From: Cyanidioschyzon merolae
Lineage: Eukaryota
Length of the DNA: 64,000 nucleotides
Assembly (NCBI GenBank): GCA_000091205.1
Contig: AP006487.2
Strand: one strand, 5' to 3'
The notes under the pieces are model-generated. The model did not search any database. It was not told where the DNA came from and saw nothing but the letters and a program-made list of their open reading frames with translations. Below are positions 10,770 to 20,662 of this stretch, piece by piece (position 1 is the first letter of the stretch; every line of letters begins with the position of its first letter). The position numbers and the translations under genes were made by a program.

Positions 10770-12974
10770 TCTATGGAGGATCTTTGCGTTGTACGAGTCT
10801 AGACAGGAATGTAGTACAACTCGTGTATCGAATATCGCCATTTCATGCCGGTTGTCGGCTGCTGCAAATGTCCTGTGCAACCTCATCAGCTCGGCATGCC
10901 CCCGGAAGTCGTACATGGCTGGCACGCTTTCGCTCCTCGACAAGGTGATTTTGTTCTTCGGGAAAACGCATCTCAGTGAGAGTGGCTGAACTGGTGTTTT
11001 TGGAGCTCGAAACAGACGCAGCCTGGAAAGGTCTTGCTGCTGGTGGGCTTGGGCTGCCCCGTGTTCAGGCGCCGGCAACAGTTCGTTGCGGTCCAAGCGG
11101 CAGACTCATCAGTTGTGCTTGACTGCCGGACTTTAGCAGCTCTGGCCACTATGGCCGGACTCACAAAGGGTGGATCTGATCAAAGATCATAGTCAAGGCG
11201 AACGCTTTTGCGAGCCAACCTGTTAACAGTTCCAAGGCCTGAACAGAGCGGCGCTCTGCACGGAGTTCGTCTGCAGATGCGGGCATTCGACTCACTGCGC
11301 TTACTTAGGTCTTGTTTAAAACTATTGAACGTGAGGAGAACATGAAATGCGAGACTCGCTTGGCAAGAGAGGATGCAGAAGCGTACTACTGCCCGATACC
11401 ACGCACAGGAGCCATCGAGGAAACGAACATGGTCCTAGCAACCGCTGCAAGCACTTACATTCATATCGGAGTCAAATGAAAACGGCCTGCTTTGCTGACC
11501 TGGGCGTCAAGTTAGAGTCATTTCCAACTGTCACCGAAACCTGGCTATGTGAACGTTTTGGGACGCAGCCCTTTTCATCTCTATTAATTCTGGTTTAAGA
11601 TACGCTAGTCTCCCCCGTCCCTCCCGCTTTGTTATAAGCGGTCGAAATTTGAGGTTGGCAGTATTCAAGTCTCGATTTCGCAGTTTCCCGCTTCTGTCGA
11701 CGCATTGATGCACATGCGAAAGTTGCGATCTACGCATCTCTTGCTAATTGCATCTTCTTTGTATACAGTCTCGCTGCGTTTTCGCAGCCGTGACATTTGA
11801 TTGCGATCAGATGGTCCGATGTGCTACTCACATTTCCTTCATCGAGTGCCGCAGCATGGCGCGAGAAGGCTTCCTTCATCGCTCAGTACATGGCTTTGAC
11901 GAGCGCAGAAGTATTCCCGCGTTGCACTCCTCCGATTCCGCGGCCGGTACGGTATCCTTCGATCACGGTTTCTTCTGAGCTATCCTTTCAGTGATAAACC
12001 TGTCCGCTGCACACGCAAGCGCACGCTGGTCAGTTCGATCGGGGATTTATCTAACGCGTGGCTGTGTATGATGGAACAAGTTCCTACAGAAACATCTCGG
12101 CTGGAGAGCAGCTCGAGAAAATTCGGTCCGTCTTCGCTGCCCTCCTGCGTAGCGGCGACGCACTCTCCGTGGGAATCGATAGCTGCAATGCCTGAAGTCG
12201 GAGTCCAAGATCATTATCCATGGATACAGAGACGACGCGAGCCTCTGCATCCATGTTCTGTTCGAGGGATCATGCTGCCATCGATTAACTCTTCGTCAAT
12301 GGCCGCAAGGAGAGGAAATTTTGCCTCCCGAGAGAAAAAGAGATCATCTGAAGTGACGTTTTCAGTGAACTTCCGACATAGGATTGTGAAGAAGGCCTTT
12401 GGGGCTATTGTCGAGCATGATTCCTCTTCAATCCAGCGGCGCACGCTGCGGCGCCCGGGAGTCGCCTTGGAACAGAAAGATCGAAAACTTGAAGACCGCA
12501 TGATTCGCGCATGCCACAAGTGAGGAAAACAGAATCGTGGATGCTTGAAAGTACAAATCGGGTAACTGTATCGGAAGCTTTACGAGCCATTAGTCGAAGG
12601 TGCTACGAATCACCTTGATTCCTGTGACATACCGAAATCCAGAGGCAGAGCGCCGATGGAGCGCCTCCGAGCCTACGACCAAGAATCCTACGAATACGTA
12701 TGAATCCGTGCCCCCTCATTGCTGGCCGTCGAATGTCGGGGCTATTCACTTACCAAAATTTTGGGAAAACGATCAAAAGGCAGGTGCAGTGCGATTAGTA
12801 TTGTGTTCCACAGTGATATGAAACCGGTTCGGAATGAGGAGCACGTGCTCGCGCAGTCTGGATCCCCGGATCGAAAGACGGCTTGATGCAGGTGATGACG
12901 CCTTTCGCCTCAATCGTGTTCCACAATCAGATGCGTGTAACCACATGGGTTTTCGCGTTGTATGGCAGATGGGT

Positions 12975-13468
12975 TAGAAGTGCGTTCATTTTCGAAAACA
13001 AAAAAAAATCCAAGGGAAAGGTATGGACGTGAAATTCGGAGGTCCTGAACCGCCGTCATCGCCAGGTTCGAAGACGAAACGAAACAATCCTCTTCTCGTC
13101 GACCATGAACCGAACAAGAGCAAGTAGTGACCACGATGAAGACGAGAGGATATAAGCGAGAAAAAAGTTTTGCCCAACGGGACGACGACGAGACTGTAAC
13201 GACACAGAGGGCGCGGGTTCGAGGAATCCTCGCACTTATGAGATCAACCAGAAGCAATAAACACATGGCGTTCGTGAACCGAGACTTCGACGCCGCCATC
13301 AATATTGAACGATGTGTTGCGCTGAGGAAAAGACCCGAGGAGCTCGCGCAATCTATCATTGTGGGACAGCCTTTCAGGCTCGAAGTGTGAAGGAGAAGTT
13401 GAAGCCCATAGCAGTCGGTCGGTCAAAAAAGGCTGGACAGCGTCTGCGCATGGGTATTAATTTACCCT
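12975..13468 (+). mobile_element. TnpB/Fanzor-like tail unit only, copy 3
   Basis: 'MDVKFGGPEPPSSPGSKTKRN…' N-terminal stub, then 'KHMAFVNRDFDAAINIERCVALRKRPEELAQSIIVGQPFRLEV'. Ends 'GGGTATTAATTTACCC' (13452–13467). Confidence 0.6.
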
Positions 13469-13985
13469 GCATGGTCGTCGGACATTTTTTGTTCCGCTGA
13501 TCTTGCGTATGCTCTAAATCGGGTACAGCGCCTAAGCGTGTCGGATCGTGATCCCCTACAGACATCGCGCGCGAAGGTACCCCGAATGCAATTACCGCGT
13601 CATCGATTGGGATTCTCCATTCTGATACGGATTGTTCAGCGAATCAGAACAGCATGGTCGTGAAAAAAAACATACGGGCTCTCGGTGCAGAGCTGCGCAT
13701 GCAAATTTCCCCTGGTCGGAAGTCGCACTCGCATGCGGAATGATACAAGATGCCTGAAAACGGAGTTCTTTGGTGTACCACGCATAGCGGACATCTCGTC
13801 CGAGAGCGTCCATGCATACTTACATTCCATTCTTGTCGTATATCGTGGAGATGATGCAGGCGATACAATTTCCGGCCCTGGAAGACGTTGACAAATTGAC
13901 TTGGAGCTTGCCTGGGAGGGCTTCAAGCAGAGCTTGTCTGTTCCGCGGGCGATAGCAGCCTCGTACGATATTCTTGAGGACCGCT

Positions 13986-14462
13986 TCATACGGTGGTGCC
14001 TTCCGCTATATCGAAACGGAAATCGGCACTGAGCTTGCTTCCGTTTGTTGAGAAATGAACGAGAAAATAAACGAAACTATAAAGCAGGTAGAAGAACAAG
14101 AGCGCGAAGCAGCCCAGTTTCACTTGGCTTTGCCTCCTCGCCAGCGGAAGCACATTGAACGCACTCGTGCTTTCGAAAACGTGTCGATGCTGCATCCAAC
14201 GTTTGACGTTAAGGTACACCAGAGGGGCTAGCGTTAAACCTACGATCCAGTGGCCGCCAACCAGCAAGACCGCGCACAGTAGTCCCTCTGCAGAATATTC
14301 AGGGACAACGAGCTTGTTCAAGTTTTCTGTAAACTCTATCGGATTTACATAGTCTTGTTCCAAATCTTTGCAAAGAATCAAAAACATAATATTTATGAAC
14401 AAAATCCCAACCGTAAGCGTGAAACTTATGAGCCAATACAATATCTGAAAAGCTATAGACAT
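13986..14462 (-). CDS. Cornichon-family ER cargo receptor (Erv14/CNIH-like), 158 aa
   Basis: 'DLEQDYVNPIEFTENLNKLVVPEY' matches the cornichon signature 'DELKTDYKNPID…LNPLVLPEY'. Three predicted TM segments and the typical length. Confidence 0.7.
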   Translation of the reverse strand: MSIAFQILYWLISFTLTVGILFINIMFLILCKDLEQDYVNPIEFTENLNKLVVPEYSAEGLLCAVLLVGGHWIVGLTLAPLVYLNVKRWMQHRHVFESTSAFNVLPLARRQSQVKLGCFALLFFYLLYSFVYFLVHFSTNGSKLSADFRFDIAEGTTV

Positions 14463-14519
14463 TGCTTCGATTCAACAAGCGAAATTCAATCCTTTACATT
14501 TGGTTGCGCTGTGTACCAA

Positions 14520-15868
14520 GTAGTCGAAATCAATATGCGATCCATCCTCTGGATCGAAGGCGAATTGCCTGTAGGATATATGTTTTAATGAAAAGTGCAA
14601 GGATAACTGTATTCCTCCTTCAGGTCAGCGATACCACAGTACCTAGATGGTTGAGGAACACTGAAAGAAACAAGTAGATGCGCTCGACGCTAAAAATCGA
14701 TATTCACAAAGCGTACTTAAAGTCAATTTTAGAACAAGACCCGTTGGTAACCTTATGGGACGCAAACGCGACGATAGCAGCCTCAATGGGCGTCTCTTTT
14801 TCTCAACCGCTTATTCGTGTGCGCCTGATAACACTGAGATTCGCTCGCCAAGAAGAGTCCTAGTTCAACCAAAGCTATCTTCCACTGGAATCGCAACGAC
14901 AGCGTTCCTGGAACGTCGCTATCGGTGGGAAGCGCAGGGACATCGGTTTGGTTCACTCGATGTAACTTTGATCTGACCAGATGTTCGGACCGTATATAGG
15001 TATTCGCCGAGCAGGACTCCCATTGTATGCACGATCGAACACGAAGAGAACGACAACATCATCTGTTCTAGCTGTCTTGGACACATTTGGCGGCCTCAGT
15101 TTCGCTCGTCGCGAAGGCTCATACAACAGCACCTACCACTTTGTCGAATCGTTGAAGGCCTTTTCGTTTGCATCCGAGCTTTTGCCAAGTCTATCGGGGA
15201 GAACTACCGTTCATTCCTGCGTACACTCCGTGGTTCAACCTCACAGAAAGAAGTGATTTCTATCGTGAAAAGTAATGAGCGCTCCACTGGGTGAATCGCT
15301 GAAGTCTTCAGCGCGGTGACACACAGGGACATATTTCATCTCTCATTGGCAAATCCGTGTCGCTCAGAGAAGGTCCTGACCTAAGGGCATCAACAATTGC
15401 GTTCATTTGAAGAAAGAAAAAGTCCAAGGGAAAGGTGTGGACATTGAAGTCGAGGATCCTGGAGCCCGGTCATCGCCAGCTGCCGGGAGAAGAAAAATCT
15501 CTTCGCGCGGACCATCGAGCGAAGAAGATCAAGCGACGAAGAAGAGGAAGGAGATAGGCGAGAAAAGGTTACGCCTGACGGGACGATGACGAGACTGTGG
15601 TGGTACAGAAGGCACGATTTCTAGGATTCCTACGAGTCCTGCATCCCAACAACGACAATGCACACAGTGAGCTCATAGGCCGAGACGTCAACGCCGTCAT
15701 CAATATCAGACGATGTGCGGTGCTGGACATGAGATTCGGCGAGCTGACGCAATCCAACTTTGTGGGGCAGTTTCTCAGGCTCGAAGTGTAAGGAGAAGCT
15801 GAAGCCGATAGAAGAGAGCCGTTCGAAACAGACTGGGAGGCGTCTGCAGGTGGATATTAATTTACGCT
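14520..15868 (+). mobile_element. Composite decayed repeat, copy 4 (Tc1-like HTH/DDE remnant 14520–≈15390; tail unit 15395–15868)
   Basis: 'HPLDRRRIACRIYVLMKSARITVFLLQVSDTTVPRWLRNTERNK' (HTH-like), 'IPAYTPWFNLTERSDFYRE' (DDE C-terminal remnant). Tail 'MKKEKVQGKGVDIEVEDPG…ATKKRKE' plus 'LIGRDVNAVINIRRCAVL…GQFLRLEV'. Ends 'GGATATTAATTTACGC' (15852–15867). Confidence 0.6.
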
Positions 15869-16752
15869 GGACTGCAAGAACCAAATCTAACCGCTTATTA
15901 GCAACTCCATAACAATGCCGTTCGACCTGTATGTTAAGAGTTGAAAGGGGGAAAAAGTTTCCATATTTTCGAAAGTTTGCCCTCCAGGCACATGGCCCCG
16001 CAAGCCCGACGAGTATGCCGGCGAATGCTTCAAGCTCTCCCTGGTGGCAGGTGCTTTAATGAGATCTAACCAGCTAGTCCGATACGCAGTTTATTTTGGG
16101 ACTAGGAGAGGATATGATATGTCTGAGCGGCGGCCTGGCCGCAGTGGACTCCTAGTATATCGCTTTCCGCTGCCGCAGACAGTACGTCTGTCTGCACAGC
16201 TCTCAGACTCCCAGAATGAATACGCACTTCGAGTCCGTGTCAGATGCACCACGCCTCGAGCCGACGCCCTTAACGGTATGGCAATGCTGTTCTGCCTCTA
16301 TGTTGCATCCGCACCCGCGCTATAGCCGCTAAGGCGGGTGCTCATGGCATGCTCGGCGCACGATAGAACAACGAAACGACCAGTACATCCGAGAGTTAGT
16401 ACGGGGAATGGAACTTGAAGGTAAGGTGCATCATGATGGACGCTTTCCCCGAAGCGAATATCCATCCCGCAATCTGGGATCCATTGTCAATCTAAAGGTT
16501 TTGTCAAAAACAATTGCTGCGCGGATCGGCCGTGAACATACACGCGTGCCATAGAGCTTATCTATGGATTATCACAGGAGAAAAGTCGTTTGTTTTGTCC
16601 AGACACTTGCAGGGACCAGAAGAACTTACAGGTCAGGACTAGCAGTATCAGAGCGAACGAGAACAGCGATCAAACACTTTGTGTCGTTTCCACAAAAGTT
16701 TAATCGAGTGGAAAGCAGGTTGCACGAGATTTCAGCTGTTGCAGGTGTCCTT

Positions 16753-17352
16753 ATGACTTCGCACAAAGTAAACGCCAATAAAAACGAACCTGGAACACAA
16801 AAAAAGTTTTGTATCTTAACCGTCTGCCTGGGAAACCTTTGCCGTTCGCCTGCAGCAGAGGCCATTCTAAAAAAGAAGATCGCGGAACAGGGGCTCGAAA
16901 ACTTGTTCTATGTGGACTCCTGTGGCACGGGCGGCGGGAACCCCGACTGGTACATAGAGAACGGCTGGAGCTATCACGAAGGTGACCGAGCTGATCCGCG
17001 AATGGTTCGAATCGCTTCAGAAAGAAATATCAAGGTTGATTCGATATCCCGGCCCATGAAACCGGATGATCTAGAAAAATTCGACCTTATCGTTGTCATG
17101 GATGCTGAAAACGAGAGGGAGGTCCGCAAAGCTGCTGCGTACTGGGGGAAGAAATATGTCGAACTTGCAAAAAGCAAAGTGGAACAAATTACCAAGTACT
17201 GCCGGCACAGGAAAGATATCCGGGAGGTTCCCGACCCCTGGTATCATGGAGGTGACAGCATGCGCCTCGTGCTCGATATTCTTGAAGATGCATGTGAGGG
17301 GCTGCTTCAGTCCGTCACAAAGCAGCTTAATCTGGAGGAGCAGAGGAAGTGA
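16753..17352 (+). CDS. Low-molecular-weight phosphotyrosine protein phosphatase (LMW-PTP), 199 aa
   Basis: P-loop 'CLGNLCRSP' (C-X5-R) near the N-terminus and a 'VPDPWYHG' DP-loop. The ORF is open upstream to 16564, but the ATG at 16753 (MTSHKV…) gives the canonical position of the P-loop. Confidence 0.85.
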   Translation: MTSHKVNANKNEPGTQKKFCILTVCLGNLCRSPAAEAILKKKIAEQGLENLFYVDSCGTGGGNPDWYIENGWSYHEGDRADPRMVRIASERNIKVDSISRPMKPDDLEKFDLIVVMDAENEREVRKAAAYWGKKYVELAKSKVEQITKYCRHRKDIREVPDPWYHGGDSMRLVLDILEDACEGLLQSVTKQLNLEEQRK

Positions 17353-18030
17353 AGAGTTCCAAGGATGTTTGAATCTAAGCGGGGCACCAAACGAGTGAGA
17401 TGTGCATCCGCTGTTGTATAACTGGCGATTCTTGGAGACGGTTTCCTCCGCGCACACGTTGAGAGGCCACCACGAGTAAAGGATTCGGATGTGGGCGCTT
17501 CTTGGTAGAGCAGCTATATTGTCCACTGAAGAAAAACAAAGAAAATTCGCCTTCCATCAAAGCCTTAGTATACTAGTGCTTCACACGACGGGGGCGTTTC
17601 AGAATGGGCCCAGCCCTATTGGCAGCAACCTTCGCTAGGATCGCCCTGGGCGCCTTATTCGAAACCGGTATTCCGAAGACTCGCAGCGACTGACCCTAGA
17701 ATACGTCATCTTCTCTCGGTAACCTGAGCCCCTCGCCTCAATTCCAATATCGACCTTAACAGTGCTGAAATGGTGAAGTCCGCAGACCAGATATGTGCTG
17801 AACCAAACGTCCTCTTTGCTGCCCGTGCGCGACCATCCGCCATTACATTAGTGAATTCGGCGCTAAATGTGTGTCCTCACTCGAATGCATGCAAATTTCA
17901 TGCTGAGCTGCCTCTTGGGACTAAATAATTATCAGCCATTGCTGAACAGAGCGCGCTTTTGCCGTTTGCTGCTCTCCGTCGCCGACTCCAACTGCGTCCA
18001 TGAGTACATCGCTTCGGATATGGAGGTGTT

Positions 18031-20031
18031 TCACTGCTTCGTTTCATTTTTGTCTCTAGCCGGCTCAATCTGCACAAAATCTGGCTCCATGTCATCTTCA
18101 TTGGCATCTTCATGGTCTAGAGAGTCTTCTTCATCCTCCAAGTCGATTATTGCATCCGCTAATAGGTCGATGTCGCGCTGAAACAGCTGAACCTCTTCCG
18201 TTCGATCGCTACCTGCAGCGGTGGCGGGGTCCTGCTTCTTGCTCAGCACTCGCATCGATCGACGGGTTGCGGCTTCCACAAATGTGTCTGGAGCATTCGT
18301 TAGTCGGCGACCACTGCGTACACTTGCCCCGAAATCGGTGGCCTGCGAGTTTCGCGCGTGCGAGTGCCGGAATCCGTAGAAAATATAAATGCATAAGCCG
18401 ATAAGGGTCCAAAACAAGAGTAGCAACAGCCCAGTACGACTGAGCTGAAACAGAAGCACAATCGAAAAGAATGCACCTAATGCCGGCGTCCATGGCATAA
18501 GTGGGCAAAGAAAACGTGGAGGGTCCGATTCGCTGGCCAAAGGTACTCGGGCGAGCAGCAAAAGCGGGACTCCCGCAATGAAGCCGCCACCGAGCATCGA
18601 TGCCGCGCTTTCGTTTCCCACTCTCCAGATCAATGCGCACAAAACGAAGCTCACAGATAAAAGAGTTAGGAGGCCACCAGAGTCGCGGCCGTGACCACTG
18701 ACGATAAGTCGAGTGCGAATCAACGCAAGGCAGACCGCCGCATAGGCAACAAGGGTACCGGCGCTGATCATATCGGATAGGCTGTGAAGCGGGAATAGCA
18801 GCGCAATAATCGCCAATCCTACTCCACACAGAATCGTGGCCGCTCGTGGTGTATTCCCGGATCCACTGAGTTCTCCAAAAATTTCCGGAAGAAGTCCATC
18901 TCTGGACATTGCCATGAAGAGTCGTGGTTGAGCTAACAGGGCAATCATCGCTGTATTTTGAAGACCAATAACTGTCCCAATTGCGACGATTTTCGCGAAG
19001 AATGTGCTCCCAGCGTACTCAAAAGCGCCTGCAAACGGCGCAGTATCGGATAATTGTGAATACGGTTGTATTCCGGTCACAATGATTGAGGCGATTATAC
19101 AAACACTAGCCACGATGCCAAGACTAGCCAACATGGCGAACGGTACATTGCGAGTGGGAGCGTGCGATTCTTCCGCCACAGTAGCTACCTCGTCAAAGCC
19201 CACATATGCGAAAAACAAGGATGCTGATCCGGTTAAAACCGAACGCCACCCGTAAGGCAGAAATGGAGCCCAATTCCGCGGACGGATAAGGTGCAATCCG
19301 AAGAAGAAGACTGCGAGCAGCACTCCACCGAAAACCAGCGTTGAGAACCCAACGATGTAGCGCCCCTCGCGAAGACCAGAGGCAAGCAAAAGGGTAAGCA
19401 CAAGTATCAAAAGCGGAGCCAGCAATGATATGTTGTGCTCACCAACTTCTATCGATGCTGTTTGCGAGAACCCGTGCCTTACATAGGCAGCCCATGAGCG
19501 CGCTATCGCAGCACTAGCCACGCCATACTCCAGAGAGAGGCACCAGCCTACGAGAAACGCTGCCAGCTCCCCCAAGGTTGCATAGGCAAAAGAGTAAGCG
19601 CCACCGCACGATGGTATACGTGAAGACATCTCCGCATACGATAACCCTACAAGCGCGCAGACTCCTGCAGCAAGAAGGAAGGAGATGCTCACTCCTGGCC
19701 CAACAGCAGTGCGCGCAGCCCTTCCAAGAAGAAAAAAAAGGCCAGCACCCAATGTACCGGAAACGCCGACAACAACGAGGTCAGCTAGCGTAAGCACACG
19801 TGCGCTTTCTGGGTGACAGCGACTCGTCTCCGCATTAAGCTGGTCTATAGGTTTTATCCGAAAGGATGATTGATAGAACTCTTTGCTTAACCTCTTGAAG
19901 CCGCCAAAACGATCGGAACTCGAGCTCTCAACGGGCTCCATCCTAGTCAAGTAGGCGAAAACGGCTCTCGAGAGACCTTTCTCGGTGCCTTGCGCTGCCA
20001 GCCGGCGAGTTGTGCCTGGGCGCCACGCCAA
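18031..20031 (-). CDS. Amino-acid permease of the APC superfamily (cationic amino-acid transporter-like), 666 aa
   Basis: Twelve or more hydrophobic segments. N-terminal 'LTLADLVVVGVSGTLGAGLFFLLG' is typical of AA_permease and CAT-family TM1. Acidic C-terminal tail. The start could also be the internal Met ('MEPVESSSS'). Confidence 0.75.
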   Translation of the reverse strand: MAWRPGTTRRLAAQGTEKGLSRAVFAYLTRMEPVESSSSDRFGGFKRLSKEFYQSSFRIKPIDQLNAETSRCHPESARVLTLADLVVVGVSGTLGAGLFFLLGRAARTAVGPGVSISFLLAAGVCALVGLSYAEMSSRIPSCGGAYSFAYATLGELAAFLVGWCLSLEYGVASAAIARSWAAYVRHGFSQTASIEVGEHNISLLAPLLILVLTLLLASGLREGRYIVGFSTLVFGGVLLAVFFFGLHLIRPRNWAPFLPYGWRSVLTGSASLFFAYVGFDEVATVAEESHAPTRNVPFAMLASLGIVASVCIIASIIVTGIQPYSQLSDTAPFAGAFEYAGSTFFAKIVAIGTVIGLQNTAMIALLAQPRLFMAMSRDGLLPEIFGELSGSGNTPRAATILCGVGLAIIALLFPLHSLSDMISAGTLVAYAAVCLALIRTRLIVSGHGRDSGGLLTLLSVSFVLCALIWRVGNESAASMLGGGFIAGVPLLLLARVPLASESDPPRFLCPLMPWTPALGAFFSIVLLFQLSRTGLLLLLFWTLIGLCIYIFYGFRHSHARNSQATDFGASVRSGRRLTNAPDTFVEAATRRSMRVLSKKQDPATAAGSDRTEEVQLFQRDIDLLADAIIDLEDEEDSLDHEDANEDDMEPDFVQIEPARDKNETKQ

Positions 20032-20662
20032 CGCAACCGGCCATCATGCGGCTACTGTTCGTATTCCCGCTTCTGTGGATAGCGAGTCTGCGGGGAAATC
20101 GAGAGATAAGAGGGGGTTGAAGTACGCAGGACCATTTTTTGAGGAACTAAAGTCTCGTTCCTGGTCACCGGCAGCACTCGCAGGCTGCGGTGAAACTGAA
20201 CAAATTCGCCGATCGTACTCTTCCAGAGCGATCGGGGTGGTCCTCCGACCTGCCGCACAACTTATGAACGGCTCTGGGCTGAGGCGCGCTCCAACAGTTC
20301 CAGAGGCGGACGGTATTGCAGCATACTCTCTTGCAACTCGAAGCCTCAACAACCCAGATCAGACTGTTTTCGTCTCTGGCTTTGTTGCAGCCGACGAGTC
20401 GCTTAATAGCGGAGAAGGTGCTGCTGTCACGGATTCACCCGAACGGCTTCTAGCAGAACTTTTTACTCAGTTTGCGCCAGTGCGTCGAGTGTCGATTCCC
20501 AGAGATCGCATTACAGGCAAAATTCTAGGAAACTATGCCTTTGTCGAGTTTTTTTCAACGGAGGATGCGAGCTATGCAGCAAAGGTGGTGGACGGCGTGA
20601 GGTTCAACGGTCGCCGTTTGCTTGCGAGAGGGCCGTCAGTGCAGCAGCTCTCAGAGAAGTGA
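19985..20662 (+). CDS. RRM-domain RNA-binding protein (start uncertain; plausible ATG at 20264)
   Basis: C-terminal RRM: 'TVFVSGF…' (RNP2-like) and 'GNYAFVEFFSTEDASYAAKVVDGVRFNGRRL' (RNP1-like 'YAFVEF'). The 5' 47 nt overlap the divergent transporter ORF, so the true start is probably downstream. Confidence 0.5.
   Translation: MPCAASRRVVPGRHANATGHHAATVRIPASVDSESAGKSRDKRGLKYAGPFFEELKSRSWSPAALAGCGETEQIRRSYSSRAIGVVLRPAAQLMNGSGLRRAPTVPEADGIAAYSLATRSLNNPDQTVFVSGFVAADESLNSGEGAAVTDSPERLLAELFTQFAPVRRVSIPRDRITGKILGNYAFVEFFSTEDASYAAKVVDGVRFNGRRLLARGPSVQQLSEK

Noticed and set aside
9249-11096. Full 615-aa ORF as the RtcB protein (110-aa N-terminal extension). Likewise the upstream-extended ORFs for LMW-PTP (16564), Exo1 (31334) and UAP56 (47208).
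   Set aside because: Alignment to orthologs places the conserved N-termini at internal Met codons (10769, 16753, 31448, 47247). The upstream in-frame sequence has no conserved content, so the shorter models were annotated.
13190-13225. tRNA-like B-box ('GGGTTCGAGGAATCC', 'GGGTTCGATCACTCC') and A-box-like ('TAGCATAGAGGG') strings inside the TnpB-like tail units. These suggested a tRNA gene or tRNA-derived SINE.
   Set aside because: The strings lie inside the conserved coding frame of the tail ('…RARVRGILAL…'). Spacing between the A-like and B-like boxes is too short for a tRNA and no acceptor or anticodon stem can be drawn. Most likely coincidental.
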